Assembly (NCBI GenBank): GCA_030834125.1
Contig: JAURFW010000011.1
Coordinates: 856 to 64,855 of the forward strand
Source of the DNA: Bacteroidota bacterium
Lineage (GTDB): Bacteria; Bacteroidota; Bacteroidia; NS11-12g; UBA955
Direction: 5' to 3'
DNA length: 64,000 nt
A program made the translations under genes and the position numbers. Shown one piece after another: positions 50,533-59,893 of this stretch. Below the pieces are notes generated by a model, which saw only the letters and a program-made list of their open reading frames with translations, did no database searches and was not told where the DNA came from. The stretch's first letter is position 1. Every line of letters begins with the position of its first letter.

Positions 50533-52367
50533 TTTTTTCTTTTGTTGAATAAATCAAAAAGGGTATCGGTGCCTATTTTAGCCATAATTGGTTGCCCATT
50601 TCGAGTAATTTGGTTTTCGTTCATTGAGAACAATTCCTCCAAGATAAACAATTGTTCTTCATAATTGATTGAATGAATTTGCTGATTTGCATATTGTTGT
50701 GCCATTCCCCATGCTATACTTTCATTTTGCTTTAATTTTGTTTCACCAGCAGTAGATTCATAATCGTTTAGAAGTGTTTCAATTAACTTTTGTTCATCAA
50801 GTCCAGAGAATTGGGGAGGAATTCCATTTACAATTAATGAGTTTCCTCCAAAATGCCCCAAGTCAAATCCAATAAATTTCAGAATATCTAAAATTTCAAG
50901 GATCATTGGCATTTGATTTGCACTTAATTCTATAGTTCTTGGAAACAGAAGTTGCTGTGATTGACAAGTTTGTCTTTCAATTTTATCTAAAAAAGCCGAG
51001 TAATGAATATGAATTAAGGCTCTTTTTATATGAATTAACAAAAGCTGACCATCAATGGAAGTGGCTAAATATTGATTGCCTAAGGGAAAAAATTCGCTAA
51101 TTTGAGGTTTTTTATTTTCAAAATTAACTGGATTGAACGAGAGAGTTTCTTCTGATTGATTTGGGTAATCATCATTCAGACTATCAATGGGTCCCAAGAT
51201 TTTTTGCCATTCCTGTTTTTCAGATCTGTGGGGTCTTGATTGTCCAAATGGATTATAATTTTTACTATCAGAGGATGAAGAAACATTATCCGTTTTAAAT
51301 TGAGACCAATTAATTGTTTCATTATTTAAAAATTCATTGAAGTTCTCTGCTCCCGAGATATCTGATTCTTTAGGTAAAAAATGTTCACTCAATGCGCGTT
51401 TAAGGGATACCTTTATAATTTGATATATGTATTTTTCATCTTCAAATTTTACCTCAGTTTTTGTGGGATGAACGTTTACATCGACTTTAGAGGGGTCAAC
51501 ATTCATATAAATTACGAAAGTTGGAAAGTTTTCTTTTTGAATTAATCCTTCATATACATTAGAGATTGCATGATTAAAGTATGGAGACTTAATAAATCTC
51601 CCGTTTACAAAGAAATATTGTTCACCTCTGGTTTTTCTAGAAATTTCAGGTGTCCCTGCAAAACCTCGAATCTTAACAATATCTGTGGTTTCTTCAAATT
51701 CAATAAAAGTATTCTTTTCTTTCGGACTTATAATGTCACTAATTCGCTGCAAAATGCTGCATTCTGGAAAATGATGAATCTCTTGGCCATTATTATATAA
51801 TACAAATTCAATGGACGGGTTTGCTAATGCTTGTCTGTAAAATTCTTCGTAAATATGTTTTGTTTCAACCGGAATTGATTTTAAGAAATTACGTCGAGCA
51901 GGAATATTAAAAAAGAGATTTTTAATAGTAATTTTTGTTCCTAAAGGTGCTTGTATTTCAGTTTGTTCAATAACTTCACTACCTTCAATTCTAATAAATG
52001 ATGCAACATCGTTATTTGCCTGCCGAGTAGTCATTTCAACCTGGGCAACTGCTGCAATGGAAGCAAGTGCTTCTCCTCTGAAACCATAAGTATTTAGCGT
52101 AAATAGGTCCTGGGCTGTGTTGATTTTGGAAGTAGCATGGCGCTCCCAACACATTCGCGCATCAATCTCATTCATTCCTTTCCCATCATCAATTACTTGA
52201 ATGAGACTACCGCCTCCATCACGAATTAAAAGTTTTATCTTTTTTGATCCTGCATCAATACTGTTTTCTAATAATTCTTTTACTGCACTTGCAGGTCGCT
52301 GAACTACCTCTCCCGCCGCAATTTGGTTAGCAACAGCATCGTTTAACAGTTTAATAATTCCAGACAA
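50529..52367 (-). CDS. mutL: DNA mismatch repair protein MutL
   Basis: NQIAAGEVVQRPAS, ERHATSK, GFRGEALASI and DVNVHPTK. TTG start; a -7 box lies at 52392-52399. Confidence 0.96.
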   Translation of the reverse strand: MSGIIKLLNDAVANQIAAGEVVQRPASAVKELLENSIDAGSKKIKLLIRDGGGSLIQVIDDGKGMNEIDARMCWERHATSKINTAQDLFTLNTYGFRGEALASIAAVAQVEMTTRQANNDVASFIRIEGSEVIEQTEIQAPLGTKITIKNLFFNIPARRNFLKSIPVETKHIYEEFYRQALANPSIEFVLYNNGQEIHHFPECSILQRISDIISPKEKNTFIEFEETTDIVKIRGFAGTPEISRKTRGEQYFFVNGRFIKSPYFNHAISNVYEGLIQKENFPTFVIYMNVDPSKVDVNVHPTKTEVKFEDEKYIYQIIKVSLKRALSEHFLPKESDISGAENFNEFLNNETINWSQFKTDNVSSSSDSKNYNPFGQSRPHRSEKQEWQKILGPIDSLNDDYPNQSEETLSFNPVNFENKKPQISEFFPLGNQYLATSIDGQLLLIHIKRALIHIHYSAFLDKIERQTCQSQQLLFPRTIELSANQMPMILEILDILKFIGFDLGHFGGNSLIVNGIPPQFSGLDEQKLIETLLNDYESTAGETKLKQNESIAWGMAQQYANQQIHSINYEEQLFILEELFSMNENQITRNGQPIMAKIGTDTLFDLFNKRKK

Positions 52368-52396
52368 ATCCTTCTTTTACTTTGGGGATCTCAAAT

Positions 52397-53257
52397 TTAC
52401 GACTCCTTTTTTAGATAACCCAAAAGCATCCATTCAGCTGATTGTTTTGTACATATACTTTGAAGGTTCAAATTTTGCGCGACTTCATCGATTAAGTATT
52501 TATCTGGTACCATAACACCACTTAAAAAAATTAATCCATTTCCCTTGGTAACCCTTGTATACTCTTTAAGGTCTGCAATAAGTACCTCTCTATGTATATT
52601 GGCCAAAGTAATATCGAAAGTATTTTCTTTAAAGTTTGTAAGGTATTCCGCTGTACCTAATTCAATTTTTGTTTTTGTGCAATTATTTAAATGAATATTT
52701 TCATTTGCATTTTCTACCACCCAATCATCAATTTCTACACCTAAAACTTTATTTGCCCCTACTTTTTCACCAGCTATTGCAAGAATACCAGAACCAGTTC
52801 CCATATCCAGTAAGTTGGAGTTCATTATTCGGCTTTGATAATCTTGAATAACTTCAAGCATAAGTCTAGTTGTATGATGATGCCCTGTTCCGAAGCTCAT
52901 TTTTGGCTCAATAGTAATTACAATTTCACTATTGCTTTCGGGATGAAATGGAGCACGTACGTGAATGTTTTTTATATCAATAGGTTGAAAGTAGTTTTTT
53001 TCCCATTCCTCGTTCCAATTTTTAGTTTCAATTTCTGCCCAATTAAGGGTTTCACAAAAGGGATTAATTAAGGCTTCAATCTCCAATTTATCTTTGTCTG
53101 AAACGCCACCTTTTTGTGCATACGCTTTTATCCATCCTGTTTCATGCTCGAAAGTATGAAATTTGAATTCGGAGATGAGTGCGATGATGATTTCTTCTGA
53201 ATCAGGTGCAATATTATTTGTTATTGCGTGCAGTTCTGTGAAAGATAATGAGCTCAT
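52397..53257 (-). CDS. prmA: Ribosomal protein L11 methyltransferase
   Basis: NWNEEWEKNY, EPKMSFGTGHH, LDMGTGSGILAI and LANI. Confidence 0.95.
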   Translation of the reverse strand: MSSLSFTELHAITNNIAPDSEEIIIALISEFKFHTFEHETGWIKAYAQKGGVSDKDKLEIEALINPFCETLNWAEIETKNWNEEWEKNYFQPIDIKNIHVRAPFHPESNSEIVITIEPKMSFGTGHHHTTRLMLEVIQDYQSRIMNSNLLDMGTGSGILAIAGEKVGANKVLGVEIDDWVVENANENIHLNNCTKTKIELGTAEYLTNFKENTFDITLANIHREVLIADLKEYTRVTKGNGLIFLSGVMVPDKYLIDEVAQNLNLQSICTKQSAEWMLLGYLKKES

Positions 53258-54438
53258 TTTTTTAGCGCCAATTGTAAATTACACTCGCCATATTGAGCAT
53301 TGTAACCAATATTAAATGGTAGTTTTTTAGGTTGCCAATCATTGTATTGTTCTGCTAAATCTTCTTGAAATCTATTACTAAAAAGTGGTATGGTACGCGT
53401 GTATTCACCTAAAAATGTAACACCAAATCCAGCAGGCTTAAAATACTCTAATTTTATTCCACTATCATCCTGTAAAATAACCTTACCGTTATTTAGGCAA
53501 ATATTTCTGATATCTGAAAAATAATCTTTATGCATTAAATATGTAGCAGCTTTGAAGAAGCAGGCAACATCTTTTTTATTATTTAAGAAATGATAAGCAG
53601 GAATTCTTTTTGAATCTTTACCGCCGGAATAACGAATTCCACTATTAGCTAAATTTTCACTAAAATATATTAACTCTTTTACCTTATTATCAGATTCGCT
53701 GGAATAGCCTATTCGGTAGCCTTTAAAGTTTTTACTATTTACATCCATCTCTTTTACATCATCAAAGTTGCCATTATCATCAAAATTGAAAGTTTTGATA
53801 TAATGAATGTTTTTTCCAAACTTGGCTAAGTAATAAAGGCAGGTATGTATGGTTCCATTCAATAAGCCTTTTTCGAAATCTACAGCCATACTTTTGGTTC
53901 TGAAAAAACCCAATTTGTGCGGGAAAAATAATGAATGTTCTAAATTTTTTAAATATTCATTTAGCTCCTCTTCTTCAACTTTTTGTGGATTAAAAATAGT
54001 TCCCGCAGGTTCTAATCCTACCATGATAATTGTGTCTTTGTTTGGGAAGAATAAACTGGCATAAAAATAATCTCCTCCAGCGAATGGATATAGCAATGTT
54101 CGAGTTGGGATGTCATTGTAGCTTTGACTCAAAACCCATTTGGATATAGGTTGGGCTAATTTACTGTTAAGCACATTCCATTTCTTTTCACTCTCATTAG
54201 CAAAGTGTATCCAAATTGCTTGATGTTTGGTTTTGCTATCCATCAAATGAGTATCACCTGCTAATAATCGGCAAAATTGATTATGAGATTCATTTAAAGG
54301 AATTTTATTTTGCTTTTCAATAGCAGTAGTATCGATGGTTTGCTGATTTTCAACTCCAGCATTATTAGTTGGTTTATGGTTATTTTGGCATGAAAAAATG
54401 CTTACTAAGAGCAGGGGTGTTAGAGCTTTAATTTTCAT
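53254..54438 (-). CDS. Hypothetical lipoprotein
   Basis: Lipobox IFS-C; LLYPFAGGD, GLEP, FKAATYLMH, ILQDDSGI and LPFNIGY. Start moved to ATG 54438; a -7 box lies at 54452-54459. Confidence 0.8.
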   Translation of the reverse strand: MKIKALTPLLLVSIFSCQNNHKPTNNAGVENQQTIDTTAIEKQNKIPLNESHNQFCRLLAGDTHLMDSKTKHQAIWIHFANESEKKWNVLNSKLAQPISKWVLSQSYNDIPTRTLLYPFAGGDYFYASLFFPNKDTIIMVGLEPAGTIFNPQKVEEEELNEYLKNLEHSLFFPHKLGFFRTKSMAVDFEKGLLNGTIHTCLYYLAKFGKNIHYIKTFNFDDNGNFDDVKEMDVNSKNFKGYRIGYSSESDNKVKELIYFSENLANSGIRYSGGKDSKRIPAYHFLNNKKDVACFFKAATYLMHKDYFSDIRNICLNNGKVILQDDSGIKLEYFKPAGFGVTFLGEYTRTIPLFSNRFQEDLAEQYNDWQPKKLPFNIGYNAQYGECNLQLALKK

Positions 54439-54470
54439 AAGTCGACAAACACAAATGTACAAGATGTAAC

Positions 54471-55178
54471 TTAGAATAACGTGGTTTGTGGGGGAATATA
54501 TTTTTCAATTGACCAAGCTGCATTTCTTTTGTTTTTAGGTGAATTTAACATTGGGTTAACTTCATGTGCAACAAGGTAGTCTGCACTATTTTCATTGGCT
54601 ATTTCAAATCTGTTTTTAGCGTTTTCACTTATCCAATCTTTAGCAAGATTATGCGGGATGATAAGAGGCATCCTTTTTTTGGTATTGTGAATTTCAGACA
54701 TAAGAGCATTGGCTTCTCGAGTAATTATACTGTATGTTCTAATCCAACGTGATTGGGTGTTATCGAACCAATCATTAAAAATCCCACCAAATAAAAGAAT
54801 TTCATTATTTTGAGGGTAAATGTAGAAAGGATATTTCTTGTTATCCCTGTGTTGCCATTCAAAAAAACCTGAAGCTAAAATTAAACATGGATTGTTATTC
54901 CAAGAATCATTAAAAGAGGGTTTAGAGTCAATTGTTTCAATTCGAGCATTTAAAGTCTTATTTGAGAATTCAATAGTTCCCGCATGATTCTTTAACCACT
55001 TTGGTATTAATCCCCATTGTGCAGTTTCAATTTTTCCTAACTTACTTACAATTGGCAAATTTGGGTGATCAAATCCGTTAAAGAAAAACCCAAGTTGTTG
55101 TGCATCTCCTGTAGGGTTTATACCTATGTCTTTAGGAGTGATCTTTCCTTGTAGGTTCACTGAATAAGAGAAACACAT
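54471..55178 (-). CDS. SOS response-associated peptidase (SRAP/HMCES/YedK) abasic-site processing protein
   Basis: Cys at position 2, WGLIP, NARIET, GFFEW and IHNTKKRMP. A -7 box TACTTTTG (55183-55190) lies 4 nt before the ATG. Confidence 0.92.
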   Translation of the reverse strand: MCFSYSVNLQGKITPKDIGINPTGDAQQLGFFFNGFDHPNLPIVSKLGKIETAQWGLIPKWLKNHAGTIEFSNKTLNARIETIDSKPSFNDSWNNNPCLILASGFFEWQHRDNKKYPFYIYPQNNEILLFGGIFNDWFDNTQSRWIRTYSIITREANALMSEIHNTKKRMPLIIPHNLAKDWISENAKNRFEIANENSADYLVAHEVNPMLNSPKNKRNAAWSIEKYIPPQTTLF

Positions 55179-55287
55179 TAATCAAAAGTAATAAAATCAT
55201 TATAATCGGTAGATATTTAATAATGTCCTACGAGAATCATGGAAACAATAAATATAATTACGAAATTTGCCGAAAATTAATTTAAGC

Positions 55288-55704
55288 ATGTCGAATCGTA
55301 CATTTACAATGATTAAACCAGATGCAGTTGCAAACGGACATTCTGGTAAAATTTTAGATCACATTATCCAAGCAGGATTTAAAGTAGTAGCGTTAAAATA
55401 CACTAAGCTTACCCAGGAACAAGCTGGAGCATTTTATACTGTTCATAAAGAGAGACCGTTTTATGGCGAATTAGTTGATTTCATGACTAGCGGTCCGATT
55501 TATGCAGCTATTTTGGAAAAGGATAATGCAGTAGCAGACTTCCGAGATCTTATTGGTACAACTAACCCAAAAGAAGCAGCTTCAGGAACTATTCGTAATT
55601 TGTATGCTAAAAGTATTGATGCAAACGCAATTCATGGTAGCGATTCTGATGAAAATGCTGCCATAGAAGGTAATTTCTTCTTCTCTTCGTTTGAGAGATT
55701 TTAA
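55288..55704 (+). CDS. ndk: Nucleoside diphosphate kinase
   Basis: [21 protein letters not shown] and NAIHGSDS. Start moved to ATG 55288. Confidence 0.97.
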   Translation: MSNRTFTMIKPDAVANGHSGKILDHIIQAGFKVVALKYTKLTQEQAGAFYTVHKERPFYGELVDFMTSGPIYAAILEKDNAVADFRDLIGTTNPKEAASGTIRNLYAKSIDANAIHGSDSDENAAIEGNFFFSSFERF

Positions 55705-55723
55705 TTATTAACTATGAATAATT

Positions 55724-55755
55724 AAAAACCTCGAATTCATATTCGGGGTTTTTTT
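55724..55755 (+). terminator. Intrinsic terminator after ndk
   Basis: AAAAACCTCGAAT-tcat-ATTCGGGGTTTTTTT. Confidence 0.8.
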
Positions 55756-55772
55756 ATGTATTTTTACTATTC

Positions 55773-56489
55773 ATGGCAAAAAGGAAATTAGCTAATATTC
55801 ATTTACTAGAAGGTCCACATAACCGATTCACCGAATTATTTTTCGGTTTCCGAGTATTAAACGAATTTTTAAAGGGATTCAGGAAGTTACATTTTGTTGG
55901 ACCCTGCATAAGTATTTTTGGTGGAGCAAGGTTTAAAACGGATTCTAAGACCTATCAACGCGCCAAAGCAATGGGTAGTCGTGTAAGTGAAATGGGATTT
56001 ACTGTTTTAACTGGTGGCGGACCAGGAATTATGCAAGCAGCAAATGAGGGAGCGAAGGCTGTTGGGGGTAAAAGTGTAGGTGTAAATATTGAATTGCCAT
56101 TTGAACAAAAGCCAAATCCTTTTCTAGATGTTTGGGTTGATATCAGATATTTCTTCGTTCGTAAAGTGCTACTATTTAAGTACTCATTCGGATTTATTGT
56201 GTTCCCAGGTGGCTTTGGTACACTAGATGAAATGTTTGAAGCATTAACATTAATTCAAACTCAAAAGGTTCCAAACTTTCCTGTTGTTCTGATTGATACT
56301 GAATATTGGAGTCCGCTTAAGAATCTTATTGAGACATTTAAAGATAAAGGGAGTATATCTCCTGAAGATACCCAATTACTTTTAATAACAGATGATTTTG
56401 ATGAGGCCTTAGAATTTATTAAGAGTAAGGTAGATAAAATGCCGCGTAAAACGAGTAGATTTAAACGTTTATGGTGGCTTGGTGAGTAA
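55773..56489 (+). CDS. LOG family (TIGR00730-like) nucleotide phosphoribohydrolase
   Basis: TGGGPGIM, LPFEQKPN, YFFVRK and PGGFGTLDE. Confidence 0.92.
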   Translation: MAKRKLANIHLLEGPHNRFTELFFGFRVLNEFLKGFRKLHFVGPCISIFGGARFKTDSKTYQRAKAMGSRVSEMGFTVLTGGGPGIMQAANEGAKAVGGKSVGVNIELPFEQKPNPFLDVWVDIRYFFVRKVLLFKYSFGFIVFPGGFGTLDEMFEALTLIQTQKVPNFPVVLIDTEYWSPLKNLIETFKDKGSISPEDTQLLLITDDFDEALEFIKSKVDKMPRKTSRFKRLWWLGE

Positions 56490-56522
56490 AATCAAAACAT
56501 ACCAGCAAAAAAATTTTGGTTG

Positions 56523-56530
56523 TACCTTTG
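56523..56530 (+). promoter_or_regulatory. -7 promoter box 4 nt before the DHS-like gene ATG
   Basis: TACCTTTG-cccc-ATG. Confidence 0.7.
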
Positions 56531-56534
56531 CCCC

Positions 56535-57506
56535 ATGAAAGGTCCTATTTCTCAGTTTGTAGAAAAACATTACAAACACTTTAATGCTGCGGCTTTAGTT
56601 GATGCGGCTAAGGGATATGAAACTCATATTAATGAGGGTGGTAAAATGATGGTAACTTTAGCAGGGGCAATGAGTACTGCGGAGTTAGGTAAGAGTTTAG
56701 CCGAAATGATACGCCAAGGGAAAGTGGATATTATAAGCTGTACGGGAGCAAACCTAGAAGAGGATATAATGAACCTTGTAGCTCACAATCATTATAAAAG
56801 AGTGCCACATTACAGAGATTTAAGTCCTAAGGATGAGTGGGATTTACTTGAAAATCATTATAACAGAGTTACTGATACCTGTATTCCGGAAGAGGAAGCA
56901 TTTCGTAGATTACAAAAGCATATTCACGGTATTTGGAAAAAGGCAGAGGACTCGGGAGAAAGATTTTTTCCTCATGAGTATATGTATCAAATATTGTTAA
57001 GTGGTGAGTTAAAACAATATTACGAAATTGACCCAAAAGATAGTTGGATGTTAGCCGCTGCAGAAAAGAATTTACCAATTGTTGTTCCTGGATGGGAAGA
57101 TTCTACTATGGGAAATATTTTTGCTAGTTACGTTATTAAAGGCGAGTTACAAGCATCCACCATGAAAAGTGGTATTGAATATATGGCCTGGTTAGCGGAT
57201 TGGTACGTAAAAAATAGTGATGGAAAAGGTATAGGCTTTTTCCAAATTGGAGGCGGTATAGCCGGCGATTTTCCAATTTGTGTTGTTCCAATGTTATATC
57301 AAGACATGGAAATGGAAAACATTCCATTCTGGAGTTATTTCTGTCAAATATCAGACAGTACAACTAGTTATGGAAGTTACTCTGGAGCTGTCCCGAATGA
57401 AAAAATAACCTGGGGTAAGTTAGATATTGATACTCCTAAATTTATTGTTGAAAGTGATGCTACAATTGTGGCTCCTTTAATGTTTGCATGGATTCTTGGT
57501 TGGTAA
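56535..57506 (+). CDS. Deoxyhypusine synthase-like protein (probably polyamine/homospermidine synthesis)
   Basis: LAGAMS, CTGANLEED, IGGG and GSYSGAVPNEKITWGK (catalytic Lys present). Start moved to ATG 56535. Confidence 0.92.
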   Translation: MKGPISQFVEKHYKHFNAAALVDAAKGYETHINEGGKMMVTLAGAMSTAELGKSLAEMIRQGKVDIISCTGANLEEDIMNLVAHNHYKRVPHYRDLSPKDEWDLLENHYNRVTDTCIPEEEAFRRLQKHIHGIWKKAEDSGERFFPHEYMYQILLSGELKQYYEIDPKDSWMLAAAEKNLPIVVPGWEDSTMGNIFASYVIKGELQASTMKSGIEYMAWLADWYVKNSDGKGIGFFQIGGGIAGDFPICVVPMLYQDMEMENIPFWSYFCQISDSTTSYGSYSGAVPNEKITWGKLDIDTPKFIVESDATIVAPLMFAWILGW

Positions 57507-57507
57507 A

Positions 57508-58029
57508 ATGGGTAGTTTAATTCCAGAACTTAAGAAAATTAAGGGTTTTATTTTTGATGTAGATGGTGTTATGACTCCCGGTCAGGTATTGATTACCGAA
57601 GAGGGTTATATGCTGCGATCAGTAAATATTAAAGATGGTTTTGCTATTCAACATGCTGTAAAGGCTGGTTATAAAGTGGGTATAATTTCAGGTGGTAAAT
57701 CTGAAGGTGTTCGAAAGCGTTTTGAAGGTCTTGGTGTAGAGCATATATATTTAGGTCAGAAGGAAAAAGTTAATGCATTCAATGAATTGATCAAAATATG
57801 GGGTATTGATTCTTCGCATATTGCATATATGGGTGATGATTTTCCAGATGTACCTGTTTTAGAATTAGCAGGTATTAGTTGTTGTCCTAAAGATGCAGCT
57901 GTTGATGTTTTGGATGTTTGTGAATTTATCAGCCCTATCAATGGCGGTCAAGGTTGTGTTAGAGATTTGATAGAGAAAACTATGAAAATCCAGGAAACTT
58001 GGTTCAACGATGAAAGCCATCGTTGGTAG
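57508..58029 (+). CDS. kdsC: KDO 8-phosphate phosphatase, HAD family
   Basis: FDVDGVMT, KDG, YMGDD..D and GGQGCVRD. Start moved to ATG 57508. Confidence 0.88.
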   Translation: MGSLIPELKKIKGFIFDVDGVMTPGQVLITEEGYMLRSVNIKDGFAIQHAVKAGYKVGIISGGKSEGVRKRFEGLGVEHIYLGQKEKVNAFNELIKIWGIDSSHIAYMGDDFPDVPVLELAGISCCPKDAAVDVLDVCEFISPINGGQGCVRDLIEKTMKIQETWFNDESHRW

Positions 58030-58056
58030 CTTCGATATATTCTTTATATTTGATTC

Positions 58057-58719
58057 ATGACAGCATCAGAATTAATTAATGAAAACATCCATGTTTTGCG
58101 CATTACTGATACTGTAGAATGTGCTATCGATTTATTGTGTCAGCAAGGCATGAGTGAATTACCGGTTGTACTAAATAAAAAGCTATACAATTATGTTCGA
58201 CTTGATTTATTGTACGCAATTGATGATAAATCTCAGGAGCTTAAAACTGTATTAAAAGAGAATCCTCATGCCGCAATTGTTATGGCTCATTCCCATATTT
58301 ATGAATTAATTCCCCTATTGGCAACTAATCAATTAACTGCCATTGCTGTATGTAATAACAATTTTGACTTCCTTGGAGTAGTTGATCAAAAGAGGATAAA
58401 TGAAATTATTACAAATTCTTTAACATACCGAGGTTTTGGTGCGGTAATTGTGCTTAATGTACCTTCATCAGATTATGCTCCATCTATTATAGCGAGATGG
58501 GTTGAAGAAAATGGAGCAAAAGTATTGGGAATGATGGTTACCCAAATGCAGGAATCTAGATTGCGTGTTAATATAAAACTTAACACAACTCAAGTACGCA
58601 GCATTATCGCTACTTTTCAGCGTCAGGGATTTCAAGTTGAGCAGGTTTATATGGCCGAAGATTCCAATGAAGATACTAGCAGAGCTGTTGATATGGCGCT
58701 GAGATTTTTCGATTTATAA
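58057..58719 (+). CDS. CBS-pair protein with a C-terminal ACT-like domain
   Basis: Two CBS-like repeats, then IARWVEENGAKVLG...IIATFQRQGF. A -7 box TATATTTG (58045-58052) lies 4 nt before the ATG. Confidence 0.8.
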   Translation: MTASELINENIHVLRITDTVECAIDLLCQQGMSELPVVLNKKLYNYVRLDLLYAIDDKSQELKTVLKENPHAAIVMAHSHIYELIPLLATNQLTAIAVCNNNFDFLGVVDQKRINEIITNSLTYRGFGAVIVLNVPSSDYAPSIIARWVEENGAKVLGMMVTQMQESRLRVNIKLNTTQVRSIIATFQRQGFQVEQVYMAEDSNEDTSRAVDMALRFFDL

Positions 58720-58741
58720 TTAGTTTTCGGGTATAGATTGT

Positions 58742-58763
58742 GGAAAAACCAAAGGTTTTTTCC
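58742..58763 (+). terminator. Hairpin after the CBS gene
   Basis: GGAAAAACC-aaa-GGTTTTTTCC. Confidence 0.4.
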
Positions 58764-58819
58764 GAAATACGATGTAGTAAACGTCCGTTTAAATATCTTT
58801 GAAAGCCTATAACAATCTT

Positions 58820-59893
58820 ATGACTGAAAAAGATTCCTCCTATCAATCAGAAAATTTATTAAACGAGAATGAAGTAAAGCCTATTACATTAGTAGGTGTT
58901 GTAAACTTCTTTTGGCGTTGGCGTAAAGTATTCATTATTAGTTCAGTGATTGCAATAATCGTTTCAATAGTTATTACCCACCCTTCTATTACCAAACCAA
59001 AATATAAAGCTCAACATATATTTTATCCAACAAAAAATAATTCAATATCAAATGCTTTATTAACAGAGTTAAATCAGCGACAACAAGACCCCCTTGAATT
59101 CGGAGAGGAGATCGAAGCCGAAAAAGCTCTACAAGTATTGCAGTCAGGAACATTATTGGGACGATTAGTTCGTAATTTTAACCTGCTGGAGCATTATGGA
59201 ATTGATCCCAAAAAGGAGAAGTTTCCAAAGTATGCCCTTGATAATAAACTTCAAGAAAATTTTAATTTTGAGCGAACTCGTTATTTAAGTATAAAAATTG
59301 AAGTTTTAGATGAAGACCCTAAAATGGCTGCTGACTTGGCAAACGGTATTGCTGATTTATACGATTCCGTAAAAACAGAAATTCAAAATCAAATAGCACA
59401 ACCTGCACTACAGATTGTGGAACGTGCACTAAATCAAAAGCGCGAAAAAATTCAGAGTATTAAAGACGAATTGCGTGAATTAGGAACTAAAGGTATTACC
59501 AACTATGAGGAACAGTCTAGAGCCCTAGCCGAGGAAATATATAAAGTACAATCTTCAGGCAGAACTTCTCAACTTTCTCAACTAATGGAGGAAAGGAAAC
59601 AATTAGTTGCAAATGGTGGTGATTTTATTGCCTTAAATGAATTAATTAAATTGGAAGAGGAGAAGGAAAGTGATTTAATGACTCAATATGAAAAACGTAA
59701 AGTAGATGTTGGGGAGAGATTAACACACAAATTTTCAGTTGAGGAAGCTACGGTTCCAGAAATTAAATTCTGGCCCAAAAGAACATTAATTCTTTTATTA
59801 TCGGTGTTTGGAACCTTTGCAGCAACCGCTGTTGCACTACTTCTGATTGAATTATTTAAAAAACCTTTATCGCGTGTCTCTAATCCTGCGTGA
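58820..59893 (+). CDS. Wzz/Wzc-type polysaccharide chain-length determinant
   Basis: N- and C-terminal transmembrane helices around a coiled coil; VLDEDPKMAADLAN and PEIKFWPKR. Start moved to ATG 58820; a -7 box lies at 58794-58801. Confidence 0.85.
   Translation: MTEKDSSYQSENLLNENEVKPITLVGVVNFFWRWRKVFIISSVIAIIVSIVITHPSITKPKYKAQHIFYPTKNNSISNALLTELNQRQQDPLEFGEEIEAEKALQVLQSGTLLGRLVRNFNLLEHYGIDPKKEKFPKYALDNKLQENFNFERTRYLSIKIEVLDEDPKMAADLANGIADLYDSVKTEIQNQIAQPALQIVERALNQKREKIQSIKDELRELGTKGITNYEEQSRALAEEIYKVQSSGRTSQLSQLMEERKQLVANGGDFIALNELIKLEEEKESDLMTQYEKRKVDVGERLTHKFSVEEATVPEIKFWPKRTLILLLSVFGTFAATAVALLLIELFKKPLSRVSNPA

Noticed and set aside
47973-52367. mutL-rhomboid-rhomboid-EEP cluster as a new system
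   Set aside because: I recognise this as a common Bacteroidota gene order. Both rhomboids keep their catalytic Ser and His.
56535-57506. DHS-like gene as evidence of eIF5A hypusination or eukaryotic gene transfer
   Set aside because: DHS homologues are widespread in bacteria, and this gene has a native promoter and native-looking composition.
3542-57941. Many 60-136 aa ORFs antisense to or out of frame within housekeeping genes (for example 17572..17982, 9787..10110, 20889..21185, 43081..43293)
   Set aside because: They lie almost entirely within well-supported genes and show no protein family features.
17660-58819. Upstream start extensions in the ORF track (17660, 19750, 31700, 34350, 36900, 40117, 54462, 55267, 56520, 57484, 58799)
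   Set aside because: They run through promoter boxes, intergenic DNA or the upstream gene. The downstream ATG or GTG matches the expected N-terminus or signal peptide.
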